Notes: generated by a model not told the origin, from the sequence alone. A DNA stretch of 37,705 nucleotides from Candidatus Thalassarchaeaceae archaeon (GCA_963582685.1 CAUZSM010000001.1:1-37705), one strand, 5' to 3'; counted from the first letter of the stretch, positions 8,165 through 16,665 are shown. Numbers and translations are program-made.

Positions 8165-9442
8165 TCACTCCTCTTCTTCGGCTTCCACCAAAACCATCTC
8201 TGGCGCTGAATGTCCTTGATTGTGGTTGATTTCTGCCTCTTCTGCAAGTAGCCTCACTCCACTCTTCTTTCGCAGTTCCTTGCCAGTCTTTGCTCCAAGT
8301 TCACTCAACATCTCTGTTTGTCTAATGACATTACCATCACCACTAATCAGTTGTTTACGTGCCGTTACAAAAGCATCACGGGCCTGATTAATCTCAAATC
8401 CTACCTCTGTAAATGATTCTAGGAACAACACAACCTTGTCGTGAAGAAAACCGGCCCTTTTCACCAACTCAATTTGATTTTGAGATTGATTCTCACGCTT
8501 CCAAATTTCTTGAATAAGCAGCAAAGCGGTCATTATTGTAGAACCACTGACAACCTTGACACGGCGGCTCTCAGTAAGATCTTGATAAAGTTCAGGTTCA
8601 GCACGCATAGCAGTGATGAAAGCGCTCTCTAGAGGAACAACCATCAATACGAAATCAAGCGTGTTAATACTCTCCATATGCTCGTAGTTCTTTGAAGCCA
8701 AGTCTTTAGCATGCTTCTTGATAGAGTCGCAATGGGCCTTCAAGGCAACTTCTGCGGTATCGTCGTCCTCTGCGTTCACATAGGCCTCGTACGCCGTAAG
8801 AGATACCTTGGAATCAATGACGACTTGGCGATTATCAGGTAAATTCAGGACGAAATCAGTTCGTTTGCGCGTCTTATCTACTGCCGTCTCTGAGAATTGC
8901 TTGCTGTAATCACGACCTTCGGTGAATCCCATACTCTGCAACAGGTTCTCGACGACCACTTCACCCCATGCGCCCTGAGCCTGAGAATCTCCCTTAAGGG
9001 CCCTAGTCAAATCGCGAGTTTCCTGAGCAAGTTCCATTCCAAGTTTGCTTACACTACCAACCTCTTTGCTTAGTTCGGCTGCCCGCTTGATATCTGCTTT
9101 CTCCGTTTCCTGAAGAGCCTTGATGTATTCACTCATGCTCTTCGACAAAGCGTCGGTCGCTATTGAGAACGACTTCTCCTTCTCCCCATCAGCATTCTTC
9201 ACTGCGATTTTGAAAGCATCTGCAGCTGCGAGTTCAAACGCGTCTTGCATTTGCTTCCTCATGGTGCCTTTTACTTCAGCAAGTGCTTCTTCGCGAGCGT
9301 CAGCCGCCGCGAGTTTAGCAATGCCATCCGCCTTTGCTGCTTCGACCATTCTAACTGTTCGTTGCGACAATATCGCCCAGACTATTCCAGCTGTTATTAG
9401 GGCGGCGAAGGCAGCTATCGATAGGGTCAGGACTTCCGACAT
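8165..9442 (-). CDS. rmuC: DNA recombination protein RmuC
   Basis: N-terminal TM helix, a long coiled-coil region, and a conserved RmuC core (DFVLNLPDNRQVVIDSKVSLTAYEAY, LDFVLMVVPLESAF). ATG at 9442; GTG at 9451 is the alternative. Confidence 0.8.
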   Translation of the reverse strand: MSEVLTLSIAAFAALITAGIVWAILSQRTVRMVEAAKADGIAKLAAADAREEALAEVKGTMRKQMQDAFELAAADAFKIAVKNADGEKEKSFSIATDALSKSMSEYIKALQETEKADIKRAAELSKEVGSVSKLGMELAQETRDLTRALKGDSQAQGAWGEVVVENLLQSMGFTEGRDYSKQFSETAVDKTRKRTDFVLNLPDNRQVVIDSKVSLTAYEAYVNAEDDDTAEVALKAHCDSIKKHAKDLASKNYEHMESINTLDFVLMVVPLESAFITAMRAEPELYQDLTESRRVKVVSGSTIMTALLLIQEIWKRENQSQNQIELVKRAGFLHDKVVLFLESFTEVGFEINQARDAFVTARKQLISGDGNVIRQTEMLSELGAKTGKELRKKSGVRLLAEEAEINHNQGHSAPEMVLVEAEEEE

Positions 9443-9520
9443 GGGCCACACCTAAACGCCATGGTTCTTGAAGTCTCCACTTCCGTTTCACTGAAGAAGT
9501 ATAGCGCGACCCTTGGCTCC

Positions 9521-10606
9521 ATGCGTAGGCGCAAGGTTGCGATTCTCGGTGGTGGCGGCATCGTCTCTCAGCGATTTCAACAGCGACTGGCTAACCACCC
9601 CTGGTTTGAGTTGGCCGCAGTCGCCGGCTCACCTCGCACCACCGGAAAAGCGCTCAGCGATATCGTGTGGGTTCTACCAGAGCCGCGACCAGCACTACCG
9701 GACCTCACTATACTGGGCATGGACGGACTGATTGAGGCACTCGACGACGTCGAAGTGGTGTTCAGCGGGTTGCCATCTGATGTAGCAGCCCAAATCGAAA
9801 AGCCACTGGCAGAGGCTGGCTTCTTCGTATTCAGCAATGCGTCCACCCACCGGATGGACGACGATGTGCCACTGGTCATCGCTGACCTCAATCCGCATCA
9901 CCTGCTGCCACTGAAAACCAAACTAGCCGCTGGTCAAAGCCAAGGATTCGTCGCCTGTGGCACCAACTGCACCGTGGTACCCGCTGCCCTTCCAATCAAG
10001 CCAATTTGGGACATGATTGGCCTGCGCAAAGTCAGCATCCGCACAGAGCAGGCAACTTCGGGCGGAGGACTCAATTTGCTCGTACGCGCCCGCGAGGAAG
10101 GCAAAGTAGAGCCGGAAATACCCGGTGAGGCAGAGAAGATTGTTGAGGAATGTCGAAGTCTGCTCGGTCGCGCCACTGCTGAACGCTGTACTCAGGCCAA
10201 TATCGTGGTGGATTGCTCCTGTCGAAGGGTGCTGCGTGAATGGGGACATTTAGTTCACGTCGAAGTGCAACTCTCTCGCGAATCTGATGCTGCGGAAGTC
10301 ATCGAATGGGTGAGCAACCATCGTGGTAGAGCACAAGCGCTCAACCTACCATCAGCCCCACAAATTCCAATCATCATTGCAGCAGATATCGATACAGATG
10401 CCGACAGATGGGCAGGTGCTGAATCTGACAACCAAGACCCCTCTACCGACCTGCGAGCCGGGATGGCAGTAGTGATGGCAAACATCGAGGTCGAAGGCCG
10501 CACCCTTCGATTCACCGGTTATTCTGCCAACACGATTCGGGGTGCCGCTGGTGGTACAGTGCTACTAGCAGAACTGGCCGCTGCCGAAGGATTACTCGGA
10601 GAATGA
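9521..10606 (+). CDS. asd: Aspartate-semialdehyde dehydrogenase (archaeal type)
   Basis: VAILGGGGIVSQRFQQRLANHPWFEL N-terminus and an active-site Cys context GTNCTVV. An ASD-like paralog function cannot be excluded. Confidence 0.7.
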   Translation: MRRRKVAILGGGGIVSQRFQQRLANHPWFELAAVAGSPRTTGKALSDIVWVLPEPRPALPDLTILGMDGLIEALDDVEVVFSGLPSDVAAQIEKPLAEAGFFVFSNASTHRMDDDVPLVIADLNPHHLLPLKTKLAAGQSQGFVACGTNCTVVPAALPIKPIWDMIGLRKVSIRTEQATSGGGLNLLVRAREEGKVEPEIPGEAEKIVEECRSLLGRATAERCTQANIVVDCSCRRVLREWGHLVHVEVQLSRESDAAEVIEWVSNHRGRAQALNLPSAPQIPIIIAADIDTDADRWAGAESDNQDPSTDLRAGMAVVMANIEVEGRTLRFTGYSANTIRGAAGGTVLLAELAAAEGLLGE

Positions 10607-11487
10607 GCTCTCTTCAAGAGCCACAGGATGGGGTAGGGCTCAAGTGTCGGACCTTCTCACGGAGGCTCGGTGAGGGCATGGGTGAAGTGCAGATTCAAGA
10701 ATCATCTTCGCTTGACTCTGTGACTGAATCGATGGGGCTTGCCAACAATAGAACACGGGTTTTGCTGCTTGGCTCCCGAGATGAGAGAGTGGAACTACGC
10801 GAGCATGGAGCAACCGTAGAACTCGCTGACACGGCGATTTCGATTTTTTACCGGCCACGAGTGGAGCGGGAAGATATCGCTGCGGCCGGGCTTGACCACG
10901 CCGTCGCTTCCTTCCAATTCCTTGACATCTCAATGGGCGACCTCGGTCGCTGGCTACAACCGCTCATTGCACAAGGCTGGGTGCGCAAGGAGATCTCAAT
11001 CGTATCTGCAAGCACTGCATCATTCCCTGATGAGGACTGGGTCTGCTTCCACCATCCAGTGATACCTGCGCCCGACCGACTCCCGTTGGCTGGCAGCCCA
11101 GGTACCATAGAGAGGAGAGCCTATCTGAGCCTCGCCGGGGCGGCGACTAAACAGGCCACTACGCGGACACCAGCCGCTCCTGCACCCGCTCCCACACCTA
11201 CGCCTAAACCGGTGGAGGAAGCCGAAGTTGAGGAGACTGAAGAAGAGCCCGAGGCTGAGGCCGAACCGGAAGTGATTGCAATCACAAACGACGAACCACT
11301 GCCCGTGATAGCAAGGAAGGAGGAATCACCACTTGAGGCTGAACTACGCCAAACCATCTCATTGTTGGTTGCGGGTGGATTGGATGTTGCTGATGTGATG
11401 GAGCATGAGCAATTCATCGAAGTCTCCGAGCGAGCCAACGCGGCCGGCATAGATGTCTGGGGTATGGTTGTCAAACTCTCTGATTGA
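10603..11487 (+). CDS. Hypothetical protein with an acidic Pro/Ala/Thr/Glu-rich linker
   Basis: ATG overlaps the asd stop (ATGA). The central low-complexity region is PAAPAPAPTPTPKPVEEAEVEETEEEPEAEAEPE. No recognisable domain. Confidence 0.45.
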   Translation: MSSLQEPQDGVGLKCRTFSRRLGEGMGEVQIQESSSLDSVTESMGLANNRTRVLLLGSRDERVELREHGATVELADTAISIFYRPRVEREDIAAAGLDHAVASFQFLDISMGDLGRWLQPLIAQGWVRKEISIVSASTASFPDEDWVCFHHPVIPAPDRLPLAGSPGTIERRAYLSLAGAATKQATTRTPAAPAPAPTPTPKPVEEAEVEETEEEPEAEAEPEVIAITNDEPLPVIARKEESPLEAELRQTISLLVAGGLDVADVMEHEQFIEVSERANAAGIDVWGMVVKLSD

Positions 11488-11551
11488 GAAAGCCTGAGCC
11501 TTTTGCAGGACCACGTTGATAGGTATCAGGTGTGGACGACGCTTCGTTATC

Positions 11552-11866
11552 ATGGTATTCTGCACCGAATGCGGTCATGAACAAACCGACGACCAGAAGT
11601 TCTGTCGCTATTGCGGCGAACGCATGCCTGGTGCTATGCTGATGCGCCAATTGCGTGAGGAACAGAGCGCGATTGCGAAGGTGCAGGGAGTTCAGGTGAG
11701 TCCTACTCAGACAGCAACTCAACAGACCATACAGAATGTGCAGCAAGTCCAACAACACAGCAATCAAGTGCTGCCGCCTGAGCAAAGGCCGATGAATAAC
11801 AATCACGTCAAGAATAATCAGTCTGCAACCAACAACATGCTGCGGGACCTTGCCAACGGCGACTGA
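11552..11866 (+). CDS. Small zinc-ribbon protein with a Q/N-rich tail
   Basis: The N-terminus is CTECG-x12-CRYCG. The C-terminal two thirds is Q/N-rich low complexity (QTATQQTIQNVQQVQQHSNQ, NNNHVKNNQSATNN). Confidence 0.5.
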   Translation: MVFCTECGHEQTDDQKFCRYCGERMPGAMLMRQLREEQSAIAKVQGVQVSPTQTATQQTIQNVQQVQQHSNQVLPPEQRPMNNNHVKNNQSATNNMLRDLANGD

Positions 11867-11917
11867 ATACGTCGCCGCATTGATGGCCCCTCACCTCCTC
11901 GCGAAACCGGTGGAAGG

Positions 11918-12535
11918 ATGCGGCTCAAGCAACTCGCTATCACTCTCAGCAAACTCCCACCCCATCCTCAGACCTCGGTGGAGTTGGAGCAGTATGCTAT
12001 GGAAGGCGGCTTGGCTACACAATGGATTGCTGCTATGGCAGAAGCCGGGGACATCGGTGTTGACACCAGAGTTGTCGATCTCGGAGCCGGAAATGGCATT
12101 CTGGGCATCGGCCTGCTACTGGCTGGTGCTGCTTCAGCCACCCTCGTGGACATCGATGCGGGGGCACTCAAAGCGGCGCAGCAGGGTGTCGATGCTCTGG
12201 GATTGGAGAGCAAAGTGAACTATCTGCAATCCGATATATCTCAGTGGGATGAGTGGCCTGAGATTTCCTGTGACCTTCTGGTGACCAACCCTCCGTGGGG
12301 AGTTCAGACTGAACGGGCCGACCGGGCCTTCCTCGTCACAGCATTCGCTTCGCCTGCTTCAGTAATTCATCTAATGCATAACGCCAAGGCCACCCATATT
12401 TCTGGTCTAGCCGCTGATGCAGGTTGGACCGGCGAGGTATTGATGGAGGCGGATTTCGCTTTGCCAGCAGCGTATGAGCACCATACAACTCGCCGAGGAA
12501 CTACCAGAGTGGCCTGCTGGCGCTTCACCAGATAA
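11918..12535 (+). CDS. SAM-dependent methyltransferase, COG2263/METTL5-like (NPPW amino-methyltransferase)
   Basis: SAM motif I VVDLGAGNGILG and catalytic motif LVTNPPWG. Confidence 0.65.
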   Translation: MRLKQLAITLSKLPPHPQTSVELEQYAMEGGLATQWIAAMAEAGDIGVDTRVVDLGAGNGILGIGLLLAGAASATLVDIDAGALKAAQQGVDALGLESKVNYLQSDISQWDEWPEISCDLLVTNPPWGVQTERADRAFLVTAFASPASVIHLMHNAKATHISGLAADAGWTGEVLMEADFALPAAYEHHTTRRGTTRVACWRFTR

Positions 12536-12653
12536 TCGGGTGAATGGGCTCCCGCAAGCAAGGCGGTGTGTTGATAGGGGGTTGTCAGGTCGCCGGCCTG
12601 TGCGAGCGGTCCCCCCTTTGGGGTGACCGTAATGGCGCCGGAGAACGAGAGAA

Positions 12654-14063
12654 ATGACCTCCACCGCGAATGTGGGTGACCTTGTGGTCCCCGGTACAAC
12701 GATTGACGACAATGATTCTAGTGAACTCGGACGGGGAATTACCCGCGTCGATGAGCGATGTGTGGCTACTGTAGTAGGCATCCTATCCAATTCAGATGGA
12801 GTACTGCACATCGAACAGCGGACAGACCCGATTAGAGAGGTTGAAGTTGGCGATATTGTCATTGGCGAGGTTAATCGAATCAACCCGAAGACCGCTGAAA
12901 TCAAGATTCTGCATGTAGAAGGAAAGCCACCGCGCTCCCTACCTCAAAGACACCTATTTGCGGACCTCTTCGTAGCCAAAATCGTCGACCGATTCCTACC
13001 CTCTCCCGGAGATGCAATGCGCAAGCGAGATATCGTTCGCGCCAAAATCGAGCAGTTGGAGCCGATGCTGCGAGCGGAGTGCCGCTCTAGTGCGAATCTC
13101 GGTGTACTGCACGCCATTTGCCCCGCTTGTGGCGAATCGTTGCAAACCTCATTCGAAGTTGATGATGTCAATGTCGCTTGCGCACGTTGTGACTACGTCG
13201 GATTCCGGGCCCTCTCCGATGGCTTCGGCCACGGATTCGAGGCTGGTGAAGCCGGTGTAATCTCCGCGCTGAACCGCGATGGTGAACGCTGGTCCAATGC
13301 CGCTCAGGCATTTGTGTCCAAAGATGGTGAGCGACCCTACCTTTCCCCGCTCAGCGATTACCGCAGAGGCGACCACCATGAGAAATCGAAGGAAGTCGAG
13401 AAGTTCCTTGGCGCACTCCAGCAGAGCGGAGGTCGCGGCGGAGGTCGCGGCGGAGGCCGTGGCGGTGGCGGAGGAGGCCGTGGAGGCCGCCCCGCTCGCA
13501 AGATGTACGAGGCTCCCTGCACAATGTGCGGCAACAAGGCATCATTGCCCTTTGAGCCGACTCCCGGTGCCCCTGCGCGGTGTTCACCCTGCAAAGAGAA
13601 AGTCGACGAAGGTAAGGCAACTCAAGAAGAACTGGCCAAGGAGCGAGAGAACCTCAGCACTGCTCGAGAAAAGGCCCACCTGACAGCTGGCATGAAACTG
13701 TTCATCGGTGGAGTGGCCTTTGCGGCTACTGAGGATGACCTGCGCACTTTATTCAGCGCAGAAGGTGAACTCAAGGATGTACACATCGCCACTGATAGGG
13801 AGACTGGAAAGAGTCGCGGGTTCGCTTTCATCACATTCTCTGACCGAAAACAAGGTGCGGCTGCTATCGAGAAATTGAACGGAGCCGATTTGCAAGGTCG
13901 ACGCCTGAGTGTGCAAGAATCCAAGCCCAAAAGTGGTGGCGGCGGTGATCGTGGCGGCGGCGGTCGTGGCGGCGGTGGTCGTGGCGGCGGTGGTCGTGGC
14001 GGCGGTGGTCGTGGCGGCGGTGGTCGCGGACGTGATCGCGGTGGACGTAGGGACCGACGCTGA
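12654..14063 (+). CDS. csl4: Exosome cap subunit Csl4 fused to an RGG box, a CxxC-x17-CxxC zinc module, an RRM domain and a C-terminal GAR/RGG tail
   Basis: aa 1-195 is a full Csl4: VVPGT N-domain, S1 GDIVIGEV, and a CPACG...CARC Zn ribbon with the GVLHAIC context typical of archaeal Csl4. RGG repeats span aa 259-279. CTMC-x17-CSPC spans aa 289-313. The RRM spans aa 347-422 (RNP2 KLFIGGV, RNP1 SRGFAFITF). (GGGGR)n spans aa 428-469. Confidence 0.8.
   Translation: MTSTANVGDLVVPGTTIDDNDSSELGRGITRVDERCVATVVGILSNSDGVLHIEQRTDPIREVEVGDIVIGEVNRINPKTAEIKILHVEGKPPRSLPQRHLFADLFVAKIVDRFLPSPGDAMRKRDIVRAKIEQLEPMLRAECRSSANLGVLHAICPACGESLQTSFEVDDVNVACARCDYVGFRALSDGFGHGFEAGEAGVISALNRDGERWSNAAQAFVSKDGERPYLSPLSDYRRGDHHEKSKEVEKFLGALQQSGGRGGGRGGGRGGGGGGRGGRPARKMYEAPCTMCGNKASLPFEPTPGAPARCSPCKEKVDEGKATQEELAKERENLSTAREKAHLTAGMKLFIGGVAFAATEDDLRTLFSAEGELKDVHIATDRETGKSRGFAFITFSDRKQGAAAIEKLNGADLQGRRLSVQESKPKSGGGGDRGGGGRGGGGRGGGGRGGGGRGGGGRGRDRGGRRDRR
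13947..14033 (+). repeat. Coding tandem repeat with 15-bp unit GGTCGTGGCGGCGGT
   Basis: Four perfect head-to-tail units at 13962-14021 are flanked by degenerate units. It encodes the (GGGGR)n tail of the Csl4-RRM protein. Confidence 0.9.
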
Positions 14064-14144
14064 CCTTTTCCGGCCTCTTTCGAGCCATTGTGCGGCTCTC
14101 AACGCTCAAGACGTTGGCCCTACTCCCTCAAACGGGTGGAAGCA

Positions 14145-15878
14145 ATGACATGGCTGGTCATCGACGGATACGAGGATGAACCGGCCGCATTCGGTGTCCC
14201 TCCATACGTCGGTTTCCACATCCGATACGTCTGTGGAGTTCTGCAACACCGGGGCATCGACTACAACTACATCACCATCGATGAGTGGCGACGTGGAAAG
14301 CGACCTGAAGGCCTATCCGATTTGGAAGGAATCGCGCTGATTGCCGGCGCTGTAGTACCCGGGAAGTATCTGCGCGGCACACCTATCTCATTGCGTGAGA
14401 CCGCCGAGATGGTTCGCACCTTACCGAAAAATATCCCCTTCCTTGCAGGCGGCTGGGCAATCCGTGGATGGCGTCAGCAAGGCTGGCAACCGCTGCGAAA
14501 GAATCTGTTCCTATGTGTACAGGATACCGATGCTACCCTTGAACACTATCTGGCGAATGGTGAGTTCCGTCACCAACGACGTAATGCTGAGCAGTGGACC
14601 GAATGGGCCCACGCAGGTGCTGTATCTAAAGCGGTGACTGAACACCCGGATTTATCTGGCCCATTGACTTACGAGGTTGAAGTCTATCAGGGGTGCGTAC
14701 GCTACAAGAACGGCTGTAAATTCTGTATCGAGCCAAAGAAAGGAGTCCCCGTCTGGCGCACCCCTGAGGATGTTATCGCCGAGGTTGGCTTGGCCCTCGA
14801 TTCTGGAGTGCGTCATGTTCGTCTTGGTGGAATGACAGACGTTTACACCTACATGGCAGACGGTGTGGTCGAATTGGAATATCCAGTTCCTAATCCCGAG
14901 CCGATAGCCAAGTTACTGCATGGTCTTCGGCAAGATGAGCGCTTGGAGACTTTGCATGTTGACAATGGCAACCCAAGCATCATTGCGGAAAATCTTGAGC
15001 CTGCTACTGAAATAACCAAGACGATGGTAGAGACTCTGACCGATGGCTCAATCCTGTCTTTCGGATTGGAATCAGCCGACCCTGCTGTGCACGAGGCGAA
15101 CTGGCTCAACTGTGATACTGAGCAACTGAAGGTAGCTATTCGTCACGTCAATGAATTCGGTCGTGAGCGTGGTGAGCGTGGGCTGCCAAGATTGCTGCCC
15201 GGGTTGAACTTCATCGCTGGACTGCACGGCGAAACTGCGGCGTCATATCAATTGAATATGGACCTACTCACAAGCCTGCGGAAAGAGGGACTGTGGCTGC
15301 GACGAATCAACATCCGTCAAGTCGAGGGTATTGGATTTCAAGAGATTCCTAAGCAGCAATTCCGTTCGTTCAAGAACTGGGTTCGCGACAGTATCGATTC
15401 GCCGCTGCTCACGGAATTATTCCCTGTCGGGCAGCGGCTTTCGCAAGTAAGGTGGGAAAGTCACGATAGCCGAATCCGCCTGCCTGCGCATATTGAGGAT
15501 GAGGCACACAGAGACTCGACTATACATGGAAACGCGGGCGTCACATTTGGCCGCCAAATCGGTGCATATCCAATTCTCATCGGTGTGCCTTACCTGATTC
15601 CCCTTGAGACTGAGTCTGACATCATAATAACCAGCCATGGTGCCCGTTCAGTGACTGGAGTCGAGGTTGGTATCAATGTAAACGTCGCCTCCCAGAAGCA
15701 ATTGGAGGCTATTCCAGGAATTGGCGCGAAATCAGCATGGTTACTGGTATCTACACGCGCAAAGGCTGCACATGCAAAGGCTACAGGAGAACGGCCATTC
15801 GATAGTGTGGAGCAGGCCTTCGACGAAAGCGGAATCGAAATGCCGGAACTCGCAGCGGCTGTACTGGAGGTCCGATAA
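14145..15878 (+). CDS. Radical SAM protein of the archaeal COG1031 type with a C-terminal helix-hairpin-helix motif
   Basis: The N-terminus VIDGYEDEPAAFGVPPYVG matches this family as I recall it. The Cys cluster is CVRYKNGCKFC (Cx6Cx2C as read). Also FGLESADPAV and the HhH motif LEAIPGIGAKSAWLL. Confidence 0.7.
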   Translation: MTWLVIDGYEDEPAAFGVPPYVGFHIRYVCGVLQHRGIDYNYITIDEWRRGKRPEGLSDLEGIALIAGAVVPGKYLRGTPISLRETAEMVRTLPKNIPFLAGGWAIRGWRQQGWQPLRKNLFLCVQDTDATLEHYLANGEFRHQRRNAEQWTEWAHAGAVSKAVTEHPDLSGPLTYEVEVYQGCVRYKNGCKFCIEPKKGVPVWRTPEDVIAEVGLALDSGVRHVRLGGMTDVYTYMADGVVELEYPVPNPEPIAKLLHGLRQDERLETLHVDNGNPSIIAENLEPATEITKTMVETLTDGSILSFGLESADPAVHEANWLNCDTEQLKVAIRHVNEFGRERGERGLPRLLPGLNFIAGLHGETAASYQLNMDLLTSLRKEGLWLRRINIRQVEGIGFQEIPKQQFRSFKNWVRDSIDSPLLTELFPVGQRLSQVRWESHDSRIRLPAHIEDEAHRDSTIHGNAGVTFGRQIGAYPILIGVPYLIPLETESDIIITSHGARSVTGVEVGINVNVASQKQLEAIPGIGAKSAWLLVSTRAKAAHAKATGERPFDSVEQAFDESGIEMPELAAAVLEVR

Positions 15879-16612
15879 TGGCCAATGCAATCGCCGAATC
15901 ACTGATTGATGCCGCTAGACGCTTGCAGCAGCGATGTGCTGCTCTGGCGCCTGACCTTGGCCAACCTGTATCGTTCTCTTATGATCCGCTGGACTATGCG
16001 AAATCAGTCCACGAAGCATATCTGTCTCGATTTGGTGGACTCGGAGCAAAAACCATCCTGCTCGGAATGAACCCCGGGCCTTGGGGGATGGGACAGACCG
16101 GCGTACCATTCGGAGATGTCCACAAAGTAACCGGCTACCTCGGTTTGGCTGGCCATGAGGTTACCATCCCAAGTGGCACTCACAAGAAACGGCCGGTTCT
16201 GGGGTTGGCCTGCTCACGTGGAGAAGTGTCTGGAGACCGGCTCTGGGGTGCGGTCGAGGAATCGTTCGGCAACGCCGAGCAAGCGCATACCCACATTTTC
16301 GTTGTCAATCATTGTCCGTTGCTACTATTCGATGAAATGACGCGCAACCTGACTCCAGACAAGTTGCGCGGTGATGCTGCGCGAAAACTGCTTGAGGTCT
16401 GTGATGAGCATCTACGAGAAGTGGTTGGCATCCTTGCAGCGCAGCGGGTAATCGGTGTTGGCAAGTATGCGCAACGCAGAGCAGAACTGGCCCTCCGGGA
16501 GGTCGATGTGGAGATTGATTCGATACCTCACCCATCTCCCGCCAATCCATTCTCCAACAGGAATGGTGGCGCGGATTGGCGAGCAGCTTTCACGGCGACT
16601 ATGGGACGCTGA
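15878..16612 (+). CDS. SMUG1-type (family 3) uracil-DNA glycosylase
   Basis: Signature motifs GMNPGPWGMGQTGVPFGD and HPSPANP. The start overlaps the upstream stop (TAATG) and is preceded by GGAGGT. Confidence 0.85.
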   Translation: MANAIAESLIDAARRLQQRCAALAPDLGQPVSFSYDPLDYAKSVHEAYLSRFGGLGAKTILLGMNPGPWGMGQTGVPFGDVHKVTGYLGLAGHEVTIPSGTHKKRPVLGLACSRGEVSGDRLWGAVEESFGNAEQAHTHIFVVNHCPLLLFDEMTRNLTPDKLRGDAARKLLEVCDEHLREVVGILAAQRVIGVGKYAQRRAELALREVDVEIDSIPHPSPANPFSNRNGGADWRAAFTATMGR

Positions 16613-16665
16613 GAGTTCAAGTCTCGTCAGCGAGAACGTTAAGTCCGAGTCCGAATCTACAGCAC

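Noticed and set aside
13426-14033. A possible CRISPR-like or non-coding repeat array
   Set aside because: The repeats are 15-bp, contiguous, without spacers, in frame, and encode RGG/GGGGR. This is a coding low-complexity repeat, not a CRISPR array.
13351-14148. ORFs in other frames or strands over the RGG regions, with poly-Pro/Arg, TTAA-repeat, HDHRR-repeat and AAVVV-repeat products
   Set aside because: They are mirror or shifted readings of the GGN-CGN coding repeats of the Csl4-RRM gene. The sense frame has clear domain content on both sides.
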